Virus record (IMG/VR): IMGVR_UViG_3300013426_000009
Coordinates: 1-43,785 of that record
Source: a virus
Strand: one strand, 5' to 3'
Length of the DNA: 43,785 nucleotides
Part shown: one piece after another, positions 19,739 through 26,239 of the stretch
How the letters are laid out: every line of letters starts with the position of its first letter
Position numbering within the stretch: position 1 is the first letter of the stretch
The notes under the pieces: model-generated
Database searches by the model: none
Told to the model about the DNA's origin: nothing
The model's input: the letters and a program-made list of their open reading frames with translations, nothing else
Program-made: the position numbers and the translations under genes

Positions 19739-20355
19739 AGGCTTCCCTCCATGCTGCCGTAGTCATAGACAAACGGCTTATTCTGCTCAGAATCGCGCTT
19801 TTCCCATGTTCTCACTGCGGCTTTCCAGTCTTTCATCGGGTTCTTCCCTACCATCCAACCTTTGGAGGCATAGAAGTCAAGAAACCGCTGAGGGTCTACG
19901 TTTGAGCCGCGTTCTCGAACATACGCCGAAACATCGTCCAAAGTGGGGGGCGTAAAGCGCTTCGCGCGCGTCTCTCCCTTGCTATCGTTAGATAGCTGGA
20001 TATTGGTTTCGGTATCGGTATTGGTTTCGGTATTGCCATTTTTGCCATTGGCATTAGTGGCTTTGCTATCTTTGCCATTAGCAGAAATGCGTTTGCCATT
20101 TTGCCATCTTGCGGCAGCACCGGCCTTACCGGCTTCGCTCTTCGTCATCGAAATATCTTCGTAGCTTGCCTTAAAGCGGTCTTCCTGCGCCATCATGCGC
20201 TTGACATAGAATCTCTCATTGCCACAGAGCGCTATCTGCTCTCCCGTCATGCTGTAAACCAGCAATGCCCGCGTTAGCCGACCGAACTCTGCATCGTTGA
20301 GCGCATCCATCTCCTCTAAGTAATCATAGGGGAGTGCTGCATAGTTTCTTGCCAT
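19735..20355 (-). CDS. Replisome organiser / DnaD-like replication initiation protein (206 aa)
   Basis: The C-terminal FTPPTLDDVSAYVRERGSNVDPQRFLDFYASKGWMVGKNPMKDWKAAVRTWEKR motif is typical of Firmicute phage replication organisers. The gene sits next to the DnaC-like gene. It has a low-complexity linker that coincides with DNA iterons. Confidence 0.6.
   Translation of the reverse strand: MARNYAALPYDYLEEMDALNDAEFGRLTRALLVYSMTGEQIALCGNERFYVKRMMAQEDRFKASYEDISMTKSEAGKAGAAARWQNGKRISANGKDSKATNANGKNGNTETNTDTETNIQLSNDSKGETRAKRFTPPTLDDVSAYVRERGSNVDPQRFLDFYASKGWMVGKNPMKDWKAAVRTWEKRDSEQNKPFVYDYGSMEGSL
20001..20108. repeat. Iteron-like direct repeats (candidate origin) inside the replisome-organiser gene
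   Basis: TATTGGTTTCGGTAT occurs twice (20001-20015 and 20019-20033). TTGCCAT(T/C) occurs five times (20033, 20042, 20072, 20093, 20101), plus the variant TTGCTATC at 20063. Confidence 0.5.
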
Positions 20356-20367
20356 CCGATCACCGCC

Positions 20368-20769
20368 TTAAAACGGCAATTCGCCGTCATCCTCGACGAC
20401 CTCCGCAAAGCCGCCTGCCGTGTCCTCTGCGGCATCTTTCGTCGTGGTGCTGTTACCGCCCCTGCTGTCAGCGAAATAAACGCTGTCGGCCTGTACTTCG
20501 GCGCTGCGGCGCTTGTTGCCGTTCTTGTCCGTCCAGTCGCGCATCTGCAAGCGCCCCTCGACGACGATCATGCGTCCTTTGTCGGCGTAATTGCAGAGCA
20601 CTTCCGCCGTGCCGCGCCATGCAACGCAGTCGATCCAGTCCGTCCCGGCATCCTTGCCGTTGCGGTCAACGGCAAGGGGGAAGCTCACAACGGATACGCC
20701 GCTGTTCGTCTTTTTGAGTCCCAGCTCGCGCCCGATGCGGCCCATCAGGCAGATTCGGTTCAGGCTCAC
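20368..20769 (-). CDS. ssb: Single-stranded DNA-binding protein (133 aa)
   Basis: OB-fold pattern LNRICLMGRIGRELGLKKT...VVEGRLQMRDWTDKNGNKRRSAEV and an acidic tail ...DDGELPF. GTG start overlaps the recT stop as GTGA. Confidence 0.9.
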   Translation of the reverse strand: MSLNRICLMGRIGRELGLKKTNSGVSVVSFPLAVDRNGKDAGTDWIDCVAWRGTAEVLCNYADKGRMIVVEGRLQMRDWTDKNGNKRRSAEVQADSVYFADSRGGNSTTTKDAAEDTAGGFAEVVEDDGELPF

Positions 20770-21626
20770 TGCTCATCACCGTCGCTTTCGATGACCTCGC
20801 CCGTCGTCTCGTCGACGGTATAATCGGCGTCGATGGCTTCCTCTTCCTGCTCGTCTGCGGCAATCACGTCCGCAAGCTGTTTGCCCGCGTCGCGCGTCTG
20901 GTAGTCGATGGACATAACGCCCCACTTGCCGATCAGGATGCGGTATACAGTCTTGCGGGCCATAGCGTCCCAATCGTCGCGCCAGCCCTTCCCCTGATAT
21001 TCGCCCTTACGGAATTTCTTTTCATGGGCGGTGATGGCCTTGACGCTCATGTAAACGGTCTTCTCAGCCCCGTTGATGAGCCGGTAATATCCGACGTAGC
21101 CGATGACCGGAAGTGCCTCGCGCGCGTCTTCATCCTCGACAAAATCAATATCGACCTCTTCGGTCAGGCGGTTGTAGCGCTTCAATTCGCCCTCGCGCAC
21201 ATCCACGACGTTGATGGTCTTGTATGCGCCCGTGCGCAGCGCGAGCTGGTGCATACCTTTCCAGCCGAGAATGAATGTCGCCTCCATCTTTTTCATGCCG
21301 AGGGCTTTCTTGTAATTCTTGAACGGCACGATGTAGGCGTAGCCCAAGCTCTGGTCGATGGGGAGGTCGAACATCGCCGCTTTCAGTGCGGATTGAATGA
21401 CCGTCATCGGGGATTCATAAAAGGCCTGCTGCAAGTTCTTGTCCGCATTGACCATCGAAACGATGGATGAAATAAACTGCGGCGCGCGCTTACCAAGCAG
21501 CTCGTCAAAGCGCTTGCGCATACCGTCGCGGTCAAGCATATCGTTCACCAACGCCGTGACGGACACCTGCTTCTGCTGCGGCGCTTTCTGCATCGCCTGC
21601 GCGTTCTGAATAAGTCCTTCCTTCAT
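20766..21626 (-). CDS. recT: RecT-family single-strand annealing protein (286 aa)
   Basis: ...MTVIQSALKAAMFDLPIDQSLGYAYIVPFKN...ATFILGWKGMHQLALRTGAYK... The gene is coupled by ATGA to the upstream exonuclease gene. Confidence 0.85.
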   Translation of the reverse strand: MKEGLIQNAQAMQKAPQQKQVSVTALVNDMLDRDGMRKRFDELLGKRAPQFISSIVSMVNADKNLQQAFYESPMTVIQSALKAAMFDLPIDQSLGYAYIVPFKNYKKALGMKKMEATFILGWKGMHQLALRTGAYKTINVVDVREGELKRYNRLTEEVDIDFVEDEDAREALPVIGYVGYYRLINGAEKTVYMSVKAITAHEKKFRKGEYQGKGWRDDWDAMARKTVYRILIGKWGVMSIDYQTRDAGKQLADVIAADEQEEEAIDADYTVDETTGEVIESDGDEQ

Positions 21627-22609
21627 CTTTCTTTGTCCTCCTTCACCGCAAATTTGCGGAATGTCGTCGTTTTGTAGTAGCTGCTCAAATCCATATCGGG
21701 GTGATCCTTTGCAAACGCCCTCGCGTCGAACGTCTGGCGGCTCTGCCCCTTCCAGTCGACCGTGAAGCGCCCGCAGTAGCCGCGCTCGTTGTCGCCAAGG
21801 TCTTTCATCAGCGTCTGCTTGATGGCGTCTGCGTCCTTCTCGATGGCCTTCTTGCGGCTCATCAGGTATTGGTACTGCTCAACAAGGCTCTCACGCCCGA
21901 ACAGCTCCACGTCGCCGCCGCCGCCCTCATAGATGCTCTCAAGCGCCTCGGTCGTGCTCGCGTCGCCGTCCATCGGCGGCGGGCTGTCCGTCTCCACGTA
22001 GTCGTGCCAGAAGTCCGCCGCGCAGCGCTTCAGCGCCTCGATCTCTTCGGGGCTGACATATACGCTGCTCTCGCACCATTCCGGCACGTCGTCGTCGGGA
22101 ACGGTCGTGATCTGGTAGCAATAGAAGCCCTTGCCCAGCACCAGCGCCGCCAGATACCAGCGCTGCCAGCCCGTCACGGCAAGATACGTCACGCACTGCG
22201 CGTAATAGCTTGCGGGGAATTCACCGCCCGCGTAGCGCTTCATGTTCAGCGCATTCGCGGTCTTGCATTCAAGCCCCGCGTCGCGCCCGATGACCCTGCG
22301 ATCGATGTTCGCGTGCAGGCACGGGCAGCTTCCGTTGCGCAGGATGTAATTCATCCGGCGCACCGGCAGGCGGCTCGCTTCTTCAAAGCGGCTCGCGACG
22401 TACTGCTCGAAATCGCGCCCCTGCCGCATCGCCTCGTTTTCCGGTTCTTCGCCGATCCTGCCGGTCTTCTCCGCCCACACGACCCACGGCGAGCGGTATT
22501 TGTTCAGCCCCAGCACCGCGCCCATGTCGCTGCCGCCGAGGCTCTTCCTGCGCTCTTTAAGCCACTCCTCGCGGCTCATCCCGAGCGTCGATATCTTCTG
22601 CATCTTCAT
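21623..22609 (-). CDS. YqaJ-like (lambda Exo-type) recombination exonuclease (328 aa)
   Basis: ...REEWLKERRKSLGGSDMGAVLGLNKYRSPWVVWAEKTG...LECKTA... The gene is paired with recT. Confidence 0.85.
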   Translation of the reverse strand: MKMQKISTLGMSREEWLKERRKSLGGSDMGAVLGLNKYRSPWVVWAEKTGRIGEEPENEAMRQGRDFEQYVASRFEEASRLPVRRMNYILRNGSCPCLHANIDRRVIGRDAGLECKTANALNMKRYAGGEFPASYYAQCVTYLAVTGWQRWYLAALVLGKGFYCYQITTVPDDDVPEWCESSVYVSPEEIEALKRCAADFWHDYVETDSPPPMDGDASTTEALESIYEGGGGDVELFGRESLVEQYQYLMSRKKAIEKDADAIKQTLMKDLGDNERGYCGRFTVDWKGQSRQTFDARAFAKDHPDMDLSSYYKTTTFRKFAVKEDKER

Positions 22610-22757
22610 CTTTCGTTACCTCGATGTCCTCTGCCCCGCAGAAGGGGCAGCATAGTATCGTCTGCGTCTCCACGCCGCGCTCCCCGTCAAGGTTCTCGCG
22701 CCTGCGCAGGACGTTGGGCTCGTCAAAGGTCAGCCCGCACCATTCGCAGCGGCACAT
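22557..22757 (-). CDS. Small zinc-ribbon protein (66 aa)
   Basis: MCRCEWCG...CCPFCG (CxxC...CxxC). ATG 22757 overlaps the upstream micro-ORF stop as TGATG. Confidence 0.6.
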   Translation of the reverse strand: MCRCEWCGLTFDEPNVLRRRENLDGERGVETQTILCCPFCGAEDIEVTKDEDAEDIDARDEPRGVA

Positions 22758-22873
22758 CACATCATCACCGAGACCGCGATGAGCACCGCCGCCAGCAGCA
22801 GGCAGATACCGGCAAAGAGCATCGATTCATCGGCCTTGCGCTGCTCGCGCGTGCGTCTGTCGTGCTTTCTCAT
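22757..22873 (-). CDS. Micro-ORF, 38 aa, single predicted TM helix
   Basis: MRKHDRRTREQRKADESMLFAGICLLLAAVLIAVSVMM. ATGA overlap with the upstream micro-ORF, and GGAGGGCAGGAG upstream. It is not in the ORF track because it is under 60 aa. Confidence 0.45.
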   Translation of the reverse strand: MRKHDRRTREQRKADESMLFAGICLLLAAVLIAVSVMM

Positions 22874-22965
22874 CTCCTGCCCTCCAAAACGTCAATCAGG
22901 CGGGAGAACAGGCATCCCAGCGCCACCGCGCCGACCACGGCGAGAAATGTTGTAAAGTCCATCAT
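22870..22965 (-). CDS. Micro-ORF, 31 aa, single predicted TM helix
   Basis: MMDFTTFLAVVGAVALGCLFSRLIDVLEGRR. The RBS is weak. This is the internal part of track ORF 22870..23082. Confidence 0.35.
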   Translation of the reverse strand: MMDFTTFLAVVGAVALGCLFSRLIDVLEGRR

Positions 22966-23002
22966 TCGTATCGGGCTTGTCCACCGCCGCCTTTCGGCGG
23001 CG

Positions 23003-23128
23003 TCAGCCCTTCGCCTCCTTCTTTTCTTCGTCTTCATCCTTTCTGGATATCGTGACGTCGGCGGTGTAGCCGCGCCGCGCAAGCGCTTCCTCCACGAGGA
23101 ACTTCAAAGCTTTTTCAAAACAATCCAT
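23003..23128 (-). CDS. Micro-ORF, 41 aa, acidic
   Basis: MDCFEKALKFLVEEALARRGYTADVTISRKDEDEEKKEAKG. GAGGAGG lies 8 nt upstream. A CCGCCGCC-GAAA-GGCGGCGG hairpin follows. Confidence 0.45.
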   Translation of the reverse strand: MDCFEKALKFLVEEALARRGYTADVTISRKDEDEEKKEAKG

Positions 23129-23166
23129 GGTTCATGCCTCCTCAGTTAAAGATATGCAAGCAGAGC

Positions 23167-23195
23167 TTGCCCTTCTCCCGCAGATGTGCTATACT
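23167..23195 (+). promoter_or_regulatory. Sigma-70-type promoter on the plus strand inside the minus-strand early operon
   Basis: TTGCCC (23167-23172), a 17-nt spacer, then TATACT (23190-23195) with the extended -10 TGC. Confidence 0.5.
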
Positions 23196-23199
23196 GTCC

Positions 23200-23265
23200 G
23201 CAGGAACATTTTCGTGATGGTTTGATGTTCTGCCCCCGTCAGGTTGCCGCCTGACGGGGATTTTT
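23200..23265 (+). ncRNA. Candidate ~65-nt antisense small RNA (two hairpins, the second an intrinsic terminator)
   Basis: Hairpin 1 is GCAGGAACAT...ATGTTCTGC (23200-23233). Hairpin 2 is CCCCGTCAGG / ttgccg / CCTGACGGGG (23234-23259), followed by ATTTTT on the plus strand only. Confidence 0.4.
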
Positions 23266-23918
23266 CATGCACCGATCAACTTTGTCCGCAGCAGCGAGTT
23301 CTTGATCGTCTGATAGTCCATGCCGACTTCCAGCAGAACCGAAATACGGTTCTCCATCTTCGACACCGCCGTCAACTCGTCCGAACTCATATAATCGCTT
23401 GCCGTCGCGTTCTTGTCTGCGCCGCGTTCCTTGCGAAGTTGCCGCGCCGTTTTACCGAGCGCCGCCATATACGCGAGGTCGGTGTACTGGTTGTACTTAA
23501 ACTTCTTGTGCGGGCTGTCCGGCAACGCTTTGATGGCATCCGTCATGCTGGTACGCAACGGCTTGCGCTCAGCTTTGATTTCCTTAATGTTCATCAGCTC
23601 CTTGCGCATGGCGAAGAACTGGCGAACGAGTTCTTTCTTGAACTCAATGACGACTGGCGTATTTCGCAGGAACGTAAGTAAAAGCGTCGCCTGCTGCTCA
23701 TTCAGCTTATAGACCTTTACGTACTTCGTGCCACGCGAGCCGGGGTTGTTCACTGCTCGGATTTCAAATCCGACCAGTCCAAACGATTTGAAGTCCGATT
23801 CGTGCCTTTGAATAAGCTTTTGTACGGTATCGTGTTTTACCCTCGCGTACTCTGCGATGACCTCAGATGTCGTGAACGGCTCTTCGGTGTTTGGGGTCAG
23901 ATAAACTAAGTCTCTCAT
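23265..23918 (-). CDS. Rha-family phage regulatory protein with ORF6C-like C-terminal domain (217 aa)
   Basis: The ORF track gives 23265..24014. I moved the start to ATG 23918, which overlaps the upstream stop as ATGA. ...EPFTTSEVIAEYARVKHDTVQKLIQRHESDF...VYKLNEQQATLLLTFL... Confidence 0.8.
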   Translation of the reverse strand: MRDLVYLTPNTEEPFTTSEVIAEYARVKHDTVQKLIQRHESDFKSFGLVGFEIRAVNNPGSRGTKYVKVYKLNEQQATLLLTFLRNTPVVIEFKKELVRQFFAMRKELMNIKEIKAERKPLRTSMTDAIKALPDSPHKKFKYNQYTDLAYMAALGKTARQLRKERGADKNATASDYMSSDELTAVSKMENRISVLLEVGMDYQTIKNSLLRTKLIGA

Positions 23919-24103
23919 TCGTCCTCCTTCAGCAAATCGTCCACCGTGCATCCGTACAGCTGCGCAACTGCTACAAGCCGCTTTGCTGTCGGTGTCATCT
24001 TCCCTGTTTCCCACATATACACCGCCGCGTCGGACACGCCCAGCGCGCGCACAACGTCTCTGACAGTCAACCCAGCCGCAAGCCGCGCCTTTCGAAAGTT
24101 CAT
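23915..24103 (-). CDS. XRE-family HTH protein (62 aa)
   Basis: The ORF track gives 23915..24142. I moved the start to ATG 24103, preceded by AAGGAGGTGAGCAA. MNFRKARLAAGLTVRDVVRALGVSDAAVYMWETGK... Confidence 0.8.
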   Translation of the reverse strand: MNFRKARLAAGLTVRDVVRALGVSDAAVYMWETGKMTPTAKRLVAVAQLYGCTVDDLLKEDE

Positions 24104-24127
24104 TTGCTCACCTCCTTGAGTGCTCAT

Positions 24128-24179
24128 AAAGTTAGCTGTCAAGTAGGACAGCTAACTTTTTCTGTGAGCGTATCACAGA
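24128..24179. promoter_or_regulatory. Two adjacent perfect palindromes upstream of the 62-aa HTH gene
   Basis: The first is AAAGTTAGCTGTC / 6 nt / GACAGCTAACTTT (24128-24159). The second is TCTGTGA / 5 nt / TCACAGA (24161-24179), flanked by T5 and A5. Confidence 0.5.
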
Positions 24180-24202
24180 AAAATCGTGCTCCTTTCGCTG
24201 CT

Positions 24203-24219
24203 TTGTCTTTTTAAGACAA
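24203..24219. promoter_or_regulatory. Operator-type palindrome TTGTCTT-N3-AAGACAA (perfect)
   Basis: Read directly. It lies just downstream of the Cro-like stop. Confidence 0.55.
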
Positions 24220-24426
24220 TTAAATAGCAAAAAAAACAGCGTCTACCTCACCAGCAGTCATGTGATACCGCTTTTTAATTGCCGCAATTTCATTCTGCCG
24301 GAACGATGTGCCATTCCCATTGATTTTCATGTTGAGATTGGAAAGCGAAATCCCCAGCGCTTCGGCAAGTTTCTGCTGTGTGTCTCCATTTTTGACGAGA
24401 AAAGACTTGAATAAATCTTTGTCCAC
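24220..24426 (-). CDS. Cro-like small HTH regulator (68 aa)
   Basis: GTG start at 24426 with AAAGGAGG 8 nt upstream. ...NGDTQQKLAEALGISLSNLNMKINGN...EIAAIKKRYHMTAGEVDAVFF. It is divergent from the CI-like gene. Confidence 0.8.
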   Translation of the reverse strand: MDKDLFKSFLVKNGDTQQKLAEALGISLSNLNMKINGNGTSFRQNEIAAIKKRYHMTAGEVDAVFFAI

Positions 24427-24448
24427 ATTCTATGCCTCCTTTCCTGTT

Positions 24449-24465
24449 TTGTCTTTTTAGGACAA
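24449..24465. promoter_or_regulatory. Operator TTGTCTT-N3-AGGACAA (one mismatch to the consensus)
   Basis: It lies between the -10 of the leftward promoter and the Cro-like RBS. Confidence 0.55.
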
Positions 24466-24469
24466 TTCA

Positions 24470-24497
24470 ATAATATCACAGTTTTTTGTCTTGTCAA
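24470..24497 (-). promoter_or_regulatory. Leftward early promoter (PR-like)
   Basis: Minus strand reads TTGACA (24497-24492), 16 nt, then TATTAT (24475-24470). Confidence 0.55.
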
Positions 24498-24502
24498 GAA
24501 AA
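24486..24502. promoter_or_regulatory. Operator TTGTCTT-N3-AAGAAAA (one mismatch), overlapping the -35 of the leftward promoter
   Basis: Read directly. Its centre is 37 bp from the 24449-24465 operator. Confidence 0.5.
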
Positions 24503-24508
24503 AGTTTA

Positions 24509-24537
24509 TTGATTTTTGAAAAATGTTTGATTATAAT
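24509..24537 (+). promoter_or_regulatory. Rightward lysogeny promoter (PRM-like)
   Basis: TTGATT (24509-24514), 17 nt, then TATAAT (24532-24537). The half-site AAGACAA at 24539-24545 sits at about +1. Confidence 0.55.
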
Positions 24538-24567
24538 TAAGACAATCTTTACGAGTGAGGTTCGGAT

Positions 24568-24996
24568 ATGGCAACTACAGGAGAGCGCATTCGCGATGCA
24601 AGAAAGGCTCACGGAATGACGCAGAAAGACCTTGCTGATAAGGTCGGTGTAAAATTCTCCGCTATTCATAAATACGAAAATGGATTGATCGTAAATCTAA
24701 AGCGAGATACAATCTCGGCGCTGGCAAAGGCCCTCGAAGTATCTCCGGCATGGTTGATGTGCATTGACGATGAAGCAGAGGAAGCCTTGCGAAAAGCTGC
24801 AAAAGAAAAAGTGAACAGCGACCGCTTTTTTGAAAAGTCTCTTAATGAGCAGGACTTCCTACTTTCTGTTTCCGAGGATGAGATGCAGCTCCTACGGTGC
24901 TATAGACGCGCGTCGCTCGATGATCGAGCTCTTGTTGAGCTTGCCTTGCGAAAATACCGTGAAAACCCCACGCAGTCCGGTCGGTCGGCAGGATGA
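24568..24996 (+). CDS. CI-like XRE-family repressor (142 aa)
   Basis: GERIRDARKAHGMTQKDLADKVGVKFSAIHKYENG... I see no S24 peptidase domain. It is the first gene of the plus-strand lysogeny operon. Confidence 0.85.
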   Translation: MATTGERIRDARKAHGMTQKDLADKVGVKFSAIHKYENGLIVNLKRDTISALAKALEVSPAWLMCIDDEAEEALRKAAKEKVNSDRFFEKSLNEQDFLLSVSEDEMQLLRCYRRASLDDRALVELALRKYRENPTQSGRSAG

Positions 24997-25090
24997 TACA
25001 TGTTGATTTCAGAAAAGCGCAACGATAGCGGCGGAAAATAAAAAAGCCGCAAAGTTCTTCCTTTTTATCTTCAGCTGAAGGAGAGATATT

Positions 25091-25921
25091 ATGTCACTTA
25101 GTACAATGTCTTTAGTGGTCTCTTTTGTATTGACGGCGGTTTTGTATGGAGCAGGCCCTCTTTTGCTGCGGTTGTGGAAAAAGCCGATTCTCCCCAAGTC
25201 TCTAAAATGGTTGCATATTGGGTATACTGCCATTTTGGCGCTCGCGTTTGCCGCCTATAATTCTTTCAATGAATATAAAGTCAATCTTTACCCCGCTCTC
25301 CTTTGGGGCGGCATTTTCTATTGGTGGAACCGCAGCTATTTTGATAAACGCAGCTACATTAAAAATCTCGGGAAGGCAAGCCCGCATCCAGGCAAGTGGC
25401 CTGTCTCGGCTCACCCCGCCACCCCTGCGCAGGTAGCCCCCGCTTTACCAGATACCGTCCTGTCCGAGCCGGAGTTGCCCGCCAGAATTCCTCCCGAAAA
25501 GGGACCTAAGCGAACCGCGCCGCACGCGCTAACGATCATCCTTGCGGCTGCTCTCGTCTTGAGCCTTATCGGGAATGTTTGGCAAGCGATAGCATGGAAT
25601 TCCGAGGGAAATGCCATGGCCGCTGAAATCAGGGAAAAAGACAAATCTATATCTACTATAAAAAGCGCAATTACCAGCCTAAAATCAGAGCTTTATGATC
25701 TGCAAGAATATCACTTTGACACTTACTACTCGACGGGATATATCGTAAACGGGTCAAACTACTTTCATAGATACGATTGCCCTGTAGTTGAAGCAGCAGA
25801 TACATACCAATCGCACAACACAGAGTTTTGCAAGTGGCTTGGATACGGCGGATGCCCAGTGTGCAATTCCGGTTTTAGCATAAGCAAGATTGACAAAAAC
25901 CCGAAGCAGTCCGCTCCATAA
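25091..25921 (+). CDS. Lysogeny-operon membrane protein: 4 TM segments, a coiled coil and a C-terminal Cys/His motif (276 aa)
   Basis: RBS GAAGGAGAG. The TM segments are MSLVVSFVLTAVLYGAGPLLL, LHIGYTAILALAFAAY, LYPALLWGGIFYWW and ALTIILAAALVLSLIGNVW. The coiled coil is EIREKDKSISTIKSAITSLKSELYDL. The C-terminus is FHRYDCPVVEAADTYQSHNTEFCKWLGYGGCPVC. The gene is AT-richer than the rest of the genome. Confidence 0.8.
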   Translation: MSLSTMSLVVSFVLTAVLYGAGPLLLRLWKKPILPKSLKWLHIGYTAILALAFAAYNSFNEYKVNLYPALLWGGIFYWWNRSYFDKRSYIKNLGKASPHPGKWPVSAHPATPAQVAPALPDTVLSEPELPARIPPEKGPKRTAPHALTIILAAALVLSLIGNVWQAIAWNSEGNAMAAEIREKDKSISTIKSAITSLKSELYDLQEYHFDTYYSTGYIVNGSNYFHRYDCPVVEAADTYQSHNTEFCKWLGYGGCPVCNSGFSISKIDKNPKQSAP

Positions 25922-26092
25922 TGGCTTTGAAAAACCATCGTCGGTGTTGCAGCTCGCGTGCGGATGCCGACGTGCCGATCAACCCGACGAGCAATCAGAC
26001 CGTCGTCTGTCAGGGCCGCGTCATCACGTCCAAGCGCTACCCCCTGCCAACGAATATATAATGCCCCCATCGTATAAGAAAGGAGTATCATC

Positions 26093-26239
26093 ATGCTGTC
26101 ATCCGAACTGGCGAGCAAAATCATCACCGAGCCGAGCGACGAAGCGCGGGACGCTATGGTGATGGCGCTCAGTGAAAATGATGCGAAAGAGCTGGCAATA
26201 TTTCTGCTTCAATTCATTGGAAGGGGGAAGCGGCCATGA
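26093..26239 (+). CDS. 48-aa ORF translationally coupled to the integrase
   Basis: AAAGGAG precedes ATG 26093. It encodes MLSSELASKIITEPSDEARDAMVMALSENDAKELAIFLLQFIGRGKRP. Its TGA overlaps the integrase ATG as ATGA. It is not in the ORF track because it is under 60 aa. Confidence 0.5.
   Translation: MLSSELASKIITEPSDEARDAMVMALSENDAKELAIFLLQFIGRGKRP

Noticed and set aside
23234-23265. The GC-rich hairpin after the Rha stop as the terminator of the minus-strand early operon.
   Set aside because: The U tract follows the stem only on the plus strand. On the minus strand the stem is followed by GCAGAAC, and downstream genes are clearly part of the same operon.
24457-24669. A 70-aa minus-strand ORF spanning the switch region and the 5' end of the CI-like gene.
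   Set aside because: It overlaps both promoters and the clearly real repressor gene, has no RBS, and its composition is implausible.
25069-25080. The 12-bp perfect palindrome CTTCAGCTGAAG overlapping the RBS of the membrane-protein gene.
   Set aside because: It is short, contains a common restriction-site core, and occurs once. The evidence is not enough to call it a regulatory site.
25765-26162. ORFs 25765..26127 (-) and 25890..26162 (+) in the gap upstream of the integrase.
   Set aside because: They have no RBS, give odd compositions and overlap each other. I treat the interval as non-coding apart from the 48-aa coupled ORF.
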